IMG/VR virus record: IMGVR_UViG_3300022753_000047
Reading direction: 5' to 3' (one strand)
DNA length: 62,110 nt
Source of the DNA: a virus
Lineage: Duplodnaviria; Heunggongvirae; Uroviricota; Caudoviricetes
The translations under genes and the position numbers were made by a program. Numbering within the stretch: the first letter of the stretch is position 1; every line of letters begins with the position of its first letter. This document shows positions 8,201 through 17,871 of this stretch, one piece after another. The notes beneath the pieces were generated by a model, which had not been told where the DNA came from, ran no database searches, and saw only the letters and a program-made list of their open reading frames with translations.

Positions 8201-9358
8201 ATGCGTGACATCGTGATTGGCAAGCTGGTTGACCGCACCATTGATGATGATTACGAGGAACTGAGTGAGCGTCTGTTTGGTGAGGGCAACTGCTTCAATT
8301 CGAGCGAAGTCCGCAAAAGAATGTATGGCATGAAGGCCATCATTGAAGCTATCGAGCGTGATGGCGAAGCTGCCATTCAGGACGAAGATAAGCTGTCCGT
8401 ATTAGACAGCAAGCGTTTCGAGCTGCAGAAAGAGCGTCAGAAGTTCTTTGACCAGCGCAACGCATTGAACAAGCTACTCCGTGAGCGTTCCCGTCAGGAG
8501 GAGCTGAATGAGATTTTGACCGAAGCGGTTAAGTCAGGCAACCTGCCGCAGCTTAGTTACCAGCGTGTTGAAATCGAACCTACCGACAACGATCTTCTTG
8601 TCAGTTTGAACGATATTCATTATGGAGCCAATGTTCAGAACTACTGGAATACATACAACTCCGATATCTGCCGTGAGATGATGTGTAGATACCTTGACCG
8701 CATCATTGCCATTGGTGAGACCCATCGAAGCGAGAATTGCATTGTTTGGGCAAACGGTGATGAAATCAGCGGCAATATTCACCAGTCAATCACTGTTACC
8801 AACAAGGAGAATGTGATTGAGCAGATCAAGGGTGTGTCTGAGTTGATTGCTGAGTTCCTTGCTGAACTGAGTAAACATTTTAGGCAGGTCGTGTTCGTCA
8901 GTGTTGCTGGTAATCACAGCCGCATTGACCCGAATAAAGATCGTGCGCTTGTAAGCGAGCGGTTGGACGACCTCGTCGAGTGGTATCTTGGCGCAAGGTT
9001 GCAAAACTTTGAAAATGTCCAAATCGGCATCGGTTCCGAGAAAGTGGACGATACGATGTACCTAATTGACATTCGTGGCAAGACCTATTGCGGTGTCCAT
9101 GGCGACTTTGATGGTAGCGCCAGTAAGGTACAGTCTTTGCAGACAATGGCAAGAAAACCTTTATACGCAGTTCTTTCCGGCCATCTCCATCACAATAAGA
9201 TGGATGAAGTGCAGGGTGTGAAGACGATCATGGCAGGAAGTTTCCTGGGCATGGACGACTACTGCGTTCAGAAGAGAATCGTAGGCAGAGCCGAACAGAT
9301 GGTTTGCGTTTGTGATGCAGACGGTGTGCGGTGTTCCTACGGCATCCCTCTCCAGTAA
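8201..9358 (+). CDS. Calcineurin-like metallophosphoesterase with N-terminal coiled coil
   Basis: DIHYG, GDEISG, GNHSR, HGD, GHLHH motifs; possible upstream ATT start at 8174. Confidence 0.85.
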   Translation: MRDIVIGKLVDRTIDDDYEELSERLFGEGNCFNSSEVRKRMYGMKAIIEAIERDGEAAIQDEDKLSVLDSKRFELQKERQKFFDQRNALNKLLRERSRQEELNEILTEAVKSGNLPQLSYQRVEIEPTDNDLLVSLNDIHYGANVQNYWNTYNSDICREMMCRYLDRIIAIGETHRSENCIVWANGDEISGNIHQSITVTNKENVIEQIKGVSELIAEFLAELSKHFRQVVFVSVAGNHSRIDPNKDRALVSERLDDLVEWYLGARLQNFENVQIGIGSEKVDDTMYLIDIRGKTYCGVHGDFDGSASKVQSLQTMARKPLYAVLSGHLHHNKMDEVQGVKTIMAGSFLGMDDYCVQKRIVGRAEQMVCVCDADGVRCSYGIPLQ

Positions 9359-9365
9359 ATTTACT

Positions 9366-9394
9366 GGGCTACCCTTTCGGGGGTAGCCCTTTTT
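9366..9394 (+). terminator. Intrinsic terminator
   Basis: GGGCTACCC(T)-TTCG-(G)GGGTAGCCC followed by T5. Confidence 0.85.
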
Positions 9395-9398
9395 ACAT

Positions 9399-9474
9399 TC
9401 CTCTTTAGCTCAGCAGGTAGAGCAACGGACTGTTAATCCGTGGGTCGCAGGTTCGAGCCCTGCAGGAGGAGCCA
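9399..9474 (+). tRNA. tRNA-Asn(GTT)
   Basis: Cloverleaf: acceptor TCCTCTT/AGGAGGA, anticodon arm ACGGA-CTGTTAA-TCCGT, GGTTCGAG T-loop, encoded CCA. Confidence 0.95.
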
Positions 9475-9477
9475 TAT

Positions 9478-9562
9478 GGGCAGGTGGTAGAGCGGCAATT
9501 ACACCAGACTGTAAATCTGGCGCTTAACGGCTTCGTTGGTTCGAGTCCAACTCTGCCCACCA
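9478..9562 (+). tRNA. tRNA-Tyr(GTA)
   Basis: Cloverleaf with long variable arm; anticodon arm CCAGA-CTGTAAA-TCTGG; encoded CCA. Confidence 0.93.
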
Positions 9563-9600
9563 GATCACACTCCGGCAACCTATGGGTTCTGGGGTTTTAT

Positions 9601-9675
9601 GGCCTGTTAGTCAAGTGGTTAAGACGCCGCCCTCTCAAGGCGGAGACATGGGTTCGACTCCCATACAGGCTACCA
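9601..9675 (+). tRNA. tRNA-Glu(CTC)
   Basis: Anticodon arm CCGCC-CTCTCAA-GGCGG, GGTTCGAC T-loop, encoded CCA. Confidence 0.93.
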
Positions 9676-9682
9676 CATATAT

Positions 9683-9757
9683 TGCGGGATAGAGCAGCGG
9701 TAGCTCACCGGCCTCATAAGCCGTTGGTCGGGGGTTCAAATCCCCCTCCCGCAACCA
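9683..9757 (+). tRNA. tRNA-Met(CAT), initiator-like but atypical
   Basis: CAT anticodon, A11:U24 D-stem pair, GGTTCAAAT T-loop, encoded CCA; has U1:A72 and GGC/GCC rather than GGG/CCC in the anticodon stem. Confidence 0.88.
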
Positions 9758-9839
9758 AGTAAGCGAGCTGGTCGAAAGACCCTGGTTCACCCAACGCCGG
9801 GGAGATTCCCCGTACAAACAAAGAAAGTGAGGTGGCTTT

Positions 9840-10874
9840 GTGCCAAGAAAAACGAAACAAAATGATATCACAAGCCCCGAGCTTTTGAGTCAGATCAATC
9901 CTGAGAACCAACGACTGAAACAGGACTTTATCTCCTATTTGCAGTCCATTCAGCGCAGTCCGAAGACGATCAATGGATACTCCAACGACATTGATATCTT
10001 CTTCGTTTGGAACTTGCTGTACAACGGCAACAAGTTCTTCCCTAAAATCTCAAAGCGTGACTATGCGGCATACCAATACTGGCTTATCAATGAGAATGGC
10101 AATTCTCCGGCCAGAGTGAGACGACTCAAGTCTACGATTTCTTCCATGAGCAATTATGTGGAGAACATCCTGGATGATGAGGAAGAGTTCAAGGGGTTCC
10201 GCTCTACCATCCGAAAAATCGAAAGCCCCGCTATGCAGCAGGTGCGAAAGAAGACCGTGTGGAGCGACGAAGCGCTTGACGAGCTTCTTGACAAGCTGTC
10301 TGCGACTGGTCAGCACAAGAAAGCCTGTATGCTGGCGCTTGCTATGTGCAGCGGCAGACGAAAAGCAGAGCTTTGTCGTTTCAGCGTTGATGACTTCAAA
10401 GACGAGAACCTTGTTTGCGGTGGCGCACTGTATAAGACCAGCGAGCCAATTCAAACCAAAGGCTTTGGCCTTGGCAAGTACATCTATTGCTATACGCTGG
10501 CAAAGAAGTTCAAACCATATCTGGATGCTTGGATGGCCGAGCGGGCGGAGCATGGTATTGAAAGCAAGTGGCTATTCCCATCCGGTGATGATCCTGCTGA
10601 GCAGATCAGCGACACTACCCTCAACAGTTGGGCAACAACCTTTAGTCGTATGACTGGTGAGGATTTCTATTGGCACTCACTGCGGCACTACTTCACAACG
10701 CATCTGGCGAAGGCCGGATTACCGGATGGAGTAATCCAAGAGATTGTTGGATGGGAGTCTGCCGACATGGTTCGTGTCTATAAAGACATGAGCGCAGAGG
10801 AGCAGATCGCACAGTATTTCGGTGAAGATGGTGAAATCAGAACTGATGTGCAGCGTTCGGTCTCCGATCTGTAA
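9840..10874 (+). CDS. Tyrosine recombinase (XerC/D-like with N-terminal SAM-like domain)
   Basis: SGRRKAEL, HSLRH, IVGWES, MVRVY motifs. Confidence 0.9.
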   Translation: MPRKTKQNDITSPELLSQINPENQRLKQDFISYLQSIQRSPKTINGYSNDIDIFFVWNLLYNGNKFFPKISKRDYAAYQYWLINENGNSPARVRRLKSTISSMSNYVENILDDEEEFKGFRSTIRKIESPAMQQVRKKTVWSDEALDELLDKLSATGQHKKACMLALAMCSGRRKAELCRFSVDDFKDENLVCGGALYKTSEPIQTKGFGLGKYIYCYTLAKKFKPYLDAWMAERAEHGIESKWLFPSGDDPAEQISDTTLNSWATTFSRMTGEDFYWHSLRHYFTTHLAKAGLPDGVIQEIVGWESADMVRVYKDMSAEEQIAQYFGEDGEIRTDVQRSVSDL

Positions 10875-10896
10875 TTGAAAGGAATGAACGAAAAGG

Positions 10897-11208
10897 ATGA
10901 ATGTATATAAGAGCGACTTTATTAAGCAGCTCATGGATAAATACGGTTACACCAAGTCCTCTGCCACAAGTTTGGTAGAGGATTTTTGGAGCGTACTCAC
11001 AGATAACCTGGAACAGGGCAACGCCGTTTTTTTCTATGGGTTTGGCTGTTTCGATATCATCGAAAGAAAAGCCAGAGCCTGCACCAATCCTCAGACAAAA
11101 GAGCGGTGCAGTATCCCGGCTCATTGGGTTCCCCGTTTTTATCCCGGCAACACCATCAAGCGTGCTGTGAAAAAGTGGGAGGATAACGAAAAAAGGGGGT
11201 TGTCTTAA
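10897..11208 (+). CDS. HU/IHF-like DNA-binding protein
   Basis: FYGFGCF, RKARACTNPQTKE and PRFYPG match the HU signature. Confidence 0.88.
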   Translation: MNVYKSDFIKQLMDKYGYTKSSATSLVEDFWSVLTDNLEQGNAVFFYGFGCFDIIERKARACTNPQTKERCSIPAHWVPRFYPGNTIKRAVKKWEDNEKRGLS

Positions 11209-12258
11209 ATGGCAGATGCCCCCAAAAGAAAGCGGCTTGAAAAAGTGCCGCAGGATACCATGCCGGTAACCAACTCGAAGTTTTTCTGCAGCAGGTGCGG
11301 CACAGCATTTAGCAGGCAGAAAGGTTACTTTCCGGTTAGCCATAGCCCCATGTATCGTGGCACCGGCTATCTGCCATTTTGCAATGACTGTTTGGATACG
11401 ATGTTTGACGAGTACAGACAGTTGCTTGGCAGTGATCGTGAGGCCATGCGTAGAATGTGCATGAAGCTCGACCTGTACTGGCATGATTCGATTTACGATA
11501 TGGTGGAGCGCACCGCCGGGGTGAACTCCAAAGTGCGCAACTATATTGGTAAGACTAACATCATTCGGTATATCGATAAGTCATTTGACGACACGATTGC
11601 AGATGAAGAGCGTAGCGGTATCAGGCAAGCTGCCGCTCAAGATGATGGTGTTCAGCAGGGATACTTGCCGGAAGAATCAGAAGAAGAGATCATTGATATC
11701 CCGGAAGATGTGATCCTGTTCTGGGGCCCCGGTTACACACCAAAGATGTACCTCGAACTGGAAGAGCGAAAGAAATACTGGATTTCCAGGTTCCCCACCG
11801 GATACAACTTTGACATCGGTGAGGAGGCTCTGATTCGCCAGATATGCAATCTGGAGATTGACATTAACCACGACCGAGCGGCAGGCAAGTCTATTGACAA
11901 AAATGTTAATACGCTGAACACACTGCTGGGCAGTGCAAACCTGAAGCCCACGCAGAAAAAGGATGATGGCGCCGATGCAGAGCTCGACAATATGCCATTT
12001 GGCGTTGGCATCCGAAAATGGGAGAACACTCGTCCAATCCCCGAACCAGACCCCGAGCTGCAGGATGTGGACGGAATTGTTCGATACATCACAGTCTGGT
12101 TCCTTGGCCATTTGTGCCACATGGTTGGCATCAAAAATACATACTGCAAGTTATATGAAGAGGAAATGGAGCGTCTGCGTGTAACAGCGCCTGAGTTTGA
12201 AGACGAAGACGATGAGACTTTGTTTGACCATATGTTCGGCGAGAGTGCTGAGGCATGA
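11209..12258 (+). CDS. Putative terminase small subunit (zinc finger)
   Basis: CSRCG and FCNDC Cys pairs; directly upstream of and overlapping terL. Confidence 0.6.
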   Translation: MADAPKRKRLEKVPQDTMPVTNSKFFCSRCGTAFSRQKGYFPVSHSPMYRGTGYLPFCNDCLDTMFDEYRQLLGSDREAMRRMCMKLDLYWHDSIYDMVERTAGVNSKVRNYIGKTNIIRYIDKSFDDTIADEERSGIRQAAAQDDGVQQGYLPEESEEEIIDIPEDVILFWGPGYTPKMYLELEERKKYWISRFPTGYNFDIGEEALIRQICNLEIDINHDRAAGKSIDKNVNTLNTLLGSANLKPTQKKDDGADAELDNMPFGVGIRKWENTRPIPEPDPELQDVDGIVRYITVWFLGHLCHMVGIKNTYCKLYEEEMERLRVTAPEFEDEDDETLFDHMFGESAEA

Positions 12259-14000
12259 GCAGACAAGAGCGTGTTCTTGAAGGAATTGCCGCATGGGCAT
12301 CCTATTATAGAGCAAACCCGCATCGCTTCGCCAAAGATTACCTTCATTTAGACTTGCATTTGTTCCAGAAGATTCTTCTGGTAATGATGAATATTTGCAC
12401 ATCGTTTGTTTTTATTGCAAGTCGTGGCTTGGGCAAAACATTCCTGAGTGCAATATTCTGTTGCATCCGATGCATTCTGTATCCGGGTACAAAGATTTGT
12501 ATCGCCTCCGGTACGAGAGGTCAGGGTATCAATGTTCTGGAAAAGATCATGACGGAGCTGAAACCCGCTTCGCCGGAATTGTGCAACGAAATCGATGATA
12601 AACAATCCAAAATGAACGGAACAAATGCGCAGATTGTGTTCAAAAACGGCAGCTTCATCAAGGTTGTTACCGCAAACGATAACGCCCGAGGCAACCGTGC
12701 AAACATTCTTCTTATCGATGAGTACCGCATGGTGCCCAAAGATATCATTGACACGATTCTGAGAAAGTTCCTTACCAACCCCCGTATGCCGGGGTATTTG
12801 AAGAAGCCGGAGTACAAGCATCTGGCTGAACGAAACAAGACATTGTATCTTTCCTCTGCTTACTTCAAGGATCATTGGTCTTACACCAAAGCGGAAGACA
12901 ATTATCGCTTTATGATCGATGATAAGCGAAACGATTTTGTCTGTGGTTTCCCATATCAGCTTGCAATCCGTGAGGGGTTGTTGTTTGAAGAAGATGTGGC
13001 CGACCAAATGGCAGAGTCTGATTTCAGTGAAGTCAAGTGGTCTATGGAGATGGACGCCCTGTTCTTTGGCGACTCAGACGGCACATTCTTCGACTTCAAC
13101 TCTGTTTCCAAAAACAGGCGCATTAAATATCCGATGCTTCCAGACAAGCTGGTGTCCAAGCTGGGCAACACACCAAAGCTGCGCATTCAGCCGAAGCAAA
13201 ACGGTGAGGTTAGAATACTGTCTGCGGATATCGCCCTGATGTCCAGCAAGAAGCACAACAACGACGCATCTGCAATTTTCATCAATCAACTTCTCCCTAC
13301 GAAGGTTGGTCGGTATTCAAGTAACATCGTGTACTGTGATGCGGCTGAAGGTTTGCACACAGAAGACCAAGCGCTTATGATCCGAAGACTATACGAGGAG
13401 TACCAGTGTGACTACATCGTACTGGACTGCGTTGGTATCGGTCTCGGTGTTTTCGATGCTCTGGTAAGAGAAATGACTGACCCAGAGACCGGAGATATTT
13501 ACCCCGCTCTGTCCTGCTGCAACAATGCAGAAATGGCAGAACGCTGTACGGCCAAGGGTGCAGAGAAGGTAATCTGGGCAATTAAGGGCAACCCGACATT
13601 GAACTCAGAGTGTGCTGTTCTGCTGCGTGAGGGTTTCAGAAGCGGAAAGATCAGACTTCTTATGACGGAGTATGATGGCGAAGCATTGCTTGGCGATATC
13701 CGGGGTTACAATTCTTTGAACCCGCCGGAGAAGCTGGCATTGCAGATGCCGTATGTTCACACAACTCTTCTCATTAACGAGTTGGTCAAGCTCCAACATG
13801 AGGAAGTTGGTGGCAAAGTTAAAATCCACGAAAAGAGTGGTATGCGAAAAGACCGTTATTCCAGTTTGAGTTACAACTTCTATGTGGCAACACAGTTGGA
13901 AAGCAAACTGAGCAAGCGGTTGAATACAGGCTACAACACGAACGATGTGTTTGTGTTCAAGCCTCCCAAAAATCATTTACGGAAAGGTGGTGGGCGTTGA
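12255..14000 (+). CDS. Terminase large subunit
   Basis: Walker A SRGLGKTF, Walker B LLIDE, RNase H-like LSADIA and KDRYSS. Confidence 0.92.
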   Translation: MSRQERVLEGIAAWASYYRANPHRFAKDYLHLDLHLFQKILLVMMNICTSFVFIASRGLGKTFLSAIFCCIRCILYPGTKICIASGTRGQGINVLEKIMTELKPASPELCNEIDDKQSKMNGTNAQIVFKNGSFIKVVTANDNARGNRANILLIDEYRMVPKDIIDTILRKFLTNPRMPGYLKKPEYKHLAERNKTLYLSSAYFKDHWSYTKAEDNYRFMIDDKRNDFVCGFPYQLAIREGLLFEEDVADQMAESDFSEVKWSMEMDALFFGDSDGTFFDFNSVSKNRRIKYPMLPDKLVSKLGNTPKLRIQPKQNGEVRILSADIALMSSKKHNNDASAIFINQLLPTKVGRYSSNIVYCDAAEGLHTEDQALMIRRLYEEYQCDYIVLDCVGIGLGVFDALVREMTDPETGDIYPALSCCNNAEMAERCTAKGAEKVIWAIKGNPTLNSECAVLLREGFRSGKIRLLMTEYDGEALLGDIRGYNSLNPPEKLALQMPYVHTTLLINELVKLQHEEVGGKVKIHEKSGMRKDRYSSLSYNFYVATQLESKLSKRLNTGYNTNDVFVFKPPKNHLRKGGGR

Positions 14001-15557
14001 TTGTCAAGTAGAAACAGACCACAGTCGCACGGTGGCAAACCGGCACGATCCGTTGGACAGGCGCAAAAGAGCGCAAGCGAAGTCAAGAATGATTCTGTGA
14101 ATAATATGAGGACAACAAGTGTGTTTCGAGTGCCGGAGCGGTTTGCTGTGTTGAACAAACTCATCACAAGAGACCTGAACGGCAACTACTCTACTCCCAC
14201 CTTCTCCTTATATACCAAGGATGATATCAATACTTATCTTCAGAACCCGTATAACTATGAGCAGCAGCTTCGTAAGGCAGTTACCTATATCTACGGTGCA
14301 AGCTCTCATTTCCGGCGTCTGATTCAGTATTTCACTTCGCTCTCCGATCTGGCTTATGTCGTATCACCAACGAGAATTGATCCTGCGACTGCTAAGCCTA
14401 AGAGCATCAATCGAAATTACCGGAAGGTATTGAATGCCTTGACGGCGATGAATGTCAAAACACAGTTCCCAAAGATACTGACTGTGTGCTTACGAGAAGA
14501 TACATTCTACGGGACGATGTGGGTCACGAATGACAATATCACGATCCAGCAACTCCCTGCGGATTATTGTGCCATTTCCTCTATCGAGGGCGGCGTGTTG
14601 AATGTTACTTTTAACTTCTCATACTTTGACAGCCGCTCCGGCTATCTGGAGTTCTATCCGCCGGAGTTCAAAACGAAGTATCAAATCTATCAGAAAGATC
14701 GAAGTGGTTCTAAGTGGCAAGAGTTAGATTCCCCAACCTCTTTTGCCATCAAGTGCAACAACGATATTCTTGATTATTCAATCCCCCCGTTTGCTGGTGT
14801 GCTGCGCGAGATTTACGATATCGAAGATTATAAGCAGCTCAAGCTGACAAAGACGACGCTGGAGAATTATGCCATGTTGGTCATGACCCTCGGCATCAAT
14901 GAAAACGGCGAATGGCAAATGGATTTGGATAAGGCCAAAGAGTTCTGGAGGAATCTGGACGCCGTGCTTCCCGAGGAGATCGGCTCAGTGTTGTCTCCCA
15001 TGCCGATCAACAAGATCAGCTTCGAGAAGTCTAACACCGGCGACACGGATACGATTGCCGATGCAGAGCAGAATATGTTCACATCTGCTGGTGTTTCGAG
15101 CTTGCTGTTCAACAATGACAAGGCTTCTGCAAACGCACTGGCTCTGTCAATCAAGTCTGACCAGGCAATCACCTTTGGCATCGTGAAGAGCATTGAGGAT
15201 ATGGTGAACCGTTATATTCAGAGCCAGGGTTACGGTAAGAACTTCAAAGTGACCTTCCTGGACTGCAGCCCATTCAACAGAAAAGAGCTTGGAGAGATGT
15301 ATCTGAAAGCGTGCCAGTTCGGTGTGCCGATGGTTTCGTATTACTGCGCATCCCAAGGTCTTGGACAGGCAGAGCTGGATTGCATGAACTTCCTTGAAAA
15401 TGATGTTCTTGAAATCAAGTCTAAGTTCGTGCCGCTGCAAAGCTCTTCAACGCAAGCAAGTGGTGGTGCTACCGATGAGGGCGGTGCTCCACAAAAGGAT
15501 GTCGGCGAGCTGACCGACTCCGGCGAACAGACCCGTGAGGACGGTGATGATTGGTGA
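14001..15557 (+). CDS. Portal protein
   Basis: 518 aa directly after terL; size and synteny typical of portals. Confidence 0.8.
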   Translation: MSSRNRPQSHGGKPARSVGQAQKSASEVKNDSVNNMRTTSVFRVPERFAVLNKLITRDLNGNYSTPTFSLYTKDDINTYLQNPYNYEQQLRKAVTYIYGASSHFRRLIQYFTSLSDLAYVVSPTRIDPATAKPKSINRNYRKVLNALTAMNVKTQFPKILTVCLREDTFYGTMWVTNDNITIQQLPADYCAISSIEGGVLNVTFNFSYFDSRSGYLEFYPPEFKTKYQIYQKDRSGSKWQELDSPTSFAIKCNNDILDYSIPPFAGVLREIYDIEDYKQLKLTKTTLENYAMLVMTLGINENGEWQMDLDKAKEFWRNLDAVLPEEIGSVLSPMPINKISFEKSNTGDTDTIADAEQNMFTSAGVSSLLFNNDKASANALALSIKSDQAITFGIVKSIEDMVNRYIQSQGYGKNFKVTFLDCSPFNRKELGEMYLKACQFGVPMVSYYCASQGLGQAELDCMNFLENDVLEIKSKFVPLQSSSTQASGGATDEGGAPQKDVGELTDSGEQTREDGDDW

Positions 15558-15733
15558 TAACCAATTTCATTTATGTGTTTGACGAGGAGGCAAGAGACAA
15601 GCTCCTGGATATGAACTATAAGTTGCTCAAGCGAGACGAAAAGAATCATATTTATGTGTTTGTCAATGAGAACTGGGAGGTTTTTGCTCTGGATGGTATC
15701 AGCCACATTCTGTCTGACACGATTACATTTTGA
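15551..15733 (+). CDS. Small hypothetical protein
   Basis: 60-aa ORF coupled to the portal stop. Confidence 0.55.
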   Translation: MVITNFIYVFDEEARDKLLDMNYKLLKRDEKNHIYVFVNENWEVFALDGISHILSDTITF

Positions 15734-15783
15734 CCCGCCCATGGAGGCGGGCTTTATTATGCCCAAAAGGTGGTGAGATTTGT

Positions 15784-17310
15784 TTGAGCGAACGAAACAT
15801 GAGTATCGTTTATTCTTCACGCTTTGACAGACTGACCGAGTGCAATTCCTCTTTTGATAGAGGTGTTTTAAGAGTCTGTTATGTAGGAAGAAACCGCAAT
15901 AACAGTTTCATCAGCAAAGAAACCTTTGAACGCTGTATGCCCAGCATCTATAACTGTCCCATTGTCTGCAGATATGACAGAGAGGCAGATGAGATTGGCG
16001 AGCATGATATGGAAGTCGTTAAGAACAGTGACGGGAAGCTCACTCTTGTGAACATTACAAATCCTGTCGGTGTTATCCCCGAGAGTGCCAATTATTGGTG
16101 GGAAGAGATTGAGGAAGACGACGGCTCCATCCATGAATACCTATGCGTTGATGCGCTTCTCTGGAAACGACAGGAGGCGTATCAGAAGATCAAAGAGGAC
16201 GGTATCACTGACGAGTCTATGGAGATTTCCATCAAGGAAGGTTCCATGAAAGATGGTGTATATGTGATCGAGCGGTTCGAGTTTACCGCATTTTGTCTTC
16301 TGGGCACAGCGGAGCCCTGCTATGAGTCAGCGGCTTTACTGATGTTCTCTCGTGAGGACTTCAAGGCACAGCTTGATGAAATGATGCGGGAATTTAAGGA
16401 AAGTTTTTCAACGGTACAACCCTCTCAAGAGGTTGTCATACACCCACAAAATAATTCGGAAGGAGGAGAAGAAGCATTGGACGAGAAGAAAGCTCTCATG
16501 GCTCAGTATGGCCTGTCTGAGGATATGCTTGATTTCAATCTCGACGATTTTTCTGTTGAGGAATTGACAGAGAAGTTTGAAGCGATGAAGGATTCCGGCG
16601 ACCCTGACAAAGATGCTGAAAAGAAGTTCGCTCTGGCCGAGCAGTTCAGAGAGGAACTGATTAACGCACTGAGCGAAGAGAAAGTGGATACTTGCTTCGG
16701 TGAAATGAGCCGTTACTGGTATATGGACTATGATAGCGAAGCGATGGAGGTCTACTGTTACGACCAGGAAGACTGGAAGCTCTATGGCTTTACATATTCC
16801 ATGAACGGCGACCATGTCGTGGTCGACTTTGAAAGCAAGAAGCGCAAGAAGTGTGCCATCGTCGATTTTGACGAGGGAGACCAGCAGGCTGCATTCGCAA
16901 CCGTCTACTCCATGATCTCTACGCAGTATGCGGAGAACGAGACCCAGTGGACGACAAAGTACCAGACTGCCTCCGACACGATTGCATCTATGGAAAATGA
17001 GCTGACCGAACTGCGTCAGTTCAAGGCCGGTATCGAGCAGGATGCCGTAAAGCAGGAGCGCGAGGAACTCTTTGCCCAGTTTGAAGACCTGGTCGGAGTT
17101 GCTGCGTTCGATGAAATCCGTGAGAACGGTGAGCAGTATTCCCTGGAGGAACTGGAAGAGAAGTGCTATGCCATCCGTGGCCGTAAGCAGACCGAAAAGT
17201 TCTCCCTGCAGGGTCAAAAGGCACCCAAACTGCCTGTCGAGAAGAATAACGATCCTACGCCTGAGCCCTATGGCGGCGTGTTTGCTGAGTTCGGGATTCG
17301 TCACGACTAA
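15784..17310 (+). CDS. Prohead protease/scaffold protein
   Basis: N-terminal protease-like region (ESMEI, FTAFCLLG...PCYE) plus acidic coiled-coil C-terminus; between portal and capsid; TTG 15784 has SD. Confidence 0.7.
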   Translation: MSERNMSIVYSSRFDRLTECNSSFDRGVLRVCYVGRNRNNSFISKETFERCMPSIYNCPIVCRYDREADEIGEHDMEVVKNSDGKLTLVNITNPVGVIPESANYWWEEIEEDDGSIHEYLCVDALLWKRQEAYQKIKEDGITDESMEISIKEGSMKDGVYVIERFEFTAFCLLGTAEPCYESAALLMFSREDFKAQLDEMMREFKESFSTVQPSQEVVIHPQNNSEGGEEALDEKKALMAQYGLSEDMLDFNLDDFSVEELTEKFEAMKDSGDPDKDAEKKFALAEQFREELINALSEEKVDTCFGEMSRYWYMDYDSEAMEVYCYDQEDWKLYGFTYSMNGDHVVVDFESKKRKKCAIVDFDEGDQQAAFATVYSMISTQYAENETQWTTKYQTASDTIASMENELTELRQFKAGIEQDAVKQEREELFAQFEDLVGVAAFDEIRENGEQYSLEELEEKCYAIRGRKQTEKFSLQGQKAPKLPVEKNNDPTPEPYGGVFAEFGIRHD

Positions 17311-17349
17311 TCAACATAATTAAATAAATCTTTGAGGAGGTAATTATCA

Positions 17350-17853
17350 ATGGCTGATAAATATTGTGTTATCCGCACTGACCTGATGAGCGGCACCAAG
17401 CAGCCTGCTGATCTGGTGTCTTTCCGTTTCTATGATGCGGAAGGTAATGCCGCTGAGGTTGAGAACGGCGTTATCGTCAAGCTGGAAGGCTACGAAGAGG
17501 GCGAGCGTGAGGTCATGAAGGCCGTTGCCGCTACTGCTGGCGCTGATCTGAATGAGTGCGCTATCGCTGCTGGCGTCGAGGTCATGTATGACGAGCGTAA
17601 GAAGAATCTGGACGAGTACATCAACGAGGCTGGCAAGATCGTTCGTGGCTACATTCCCCGCAGCCGCAACATTTTCTCTGTGACTCCCGAGGGCTTCGTC
17701 GGCGGCACTGTTCCCACTGTCGGCGCCGAGGTTGGCATTGGTGAGGGCGGCAAGATCGATGCCGCTGGTACTGGTCTGGGCACTTGTGTGCATATTGAGG
17801 TTGCCGGTCGGTACACCTACTACGCCATCAAGATTGCCAAGACCGAAGTCTAA
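17350..17853 (+). CDS. Head decoration/cement protein
   Basis: 167 aa, strong SD GAGGAGG, highly biased codons, immediately upstream of the capsid gene. Confidence 0.65.
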   Translation: MADKYCVIRTDLMSGTKQPADLVSFRFYDAEGNAAEVENGVIVKLEGYEEGEREVMKAVAATAGADLNECAIAAGVEVMYDERKKNLDEYINEAGKIVRGYIPRSRNIFSVTPEGFVGGTVPTVGAEVGIGEGGKIDAAGTGLGTCVHIEVAGRYTYYAIKIAKTEV

Positions 17854-17871
17854 TGAAGGAGGGCAATAACA

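Noticed and set aside
9484-9911. Short ORFs over the tRNA cluster (9484-9762, 9635-9871, 9714-9911)
   Set aside because: They overlap well-formed tRNAs and are spurious
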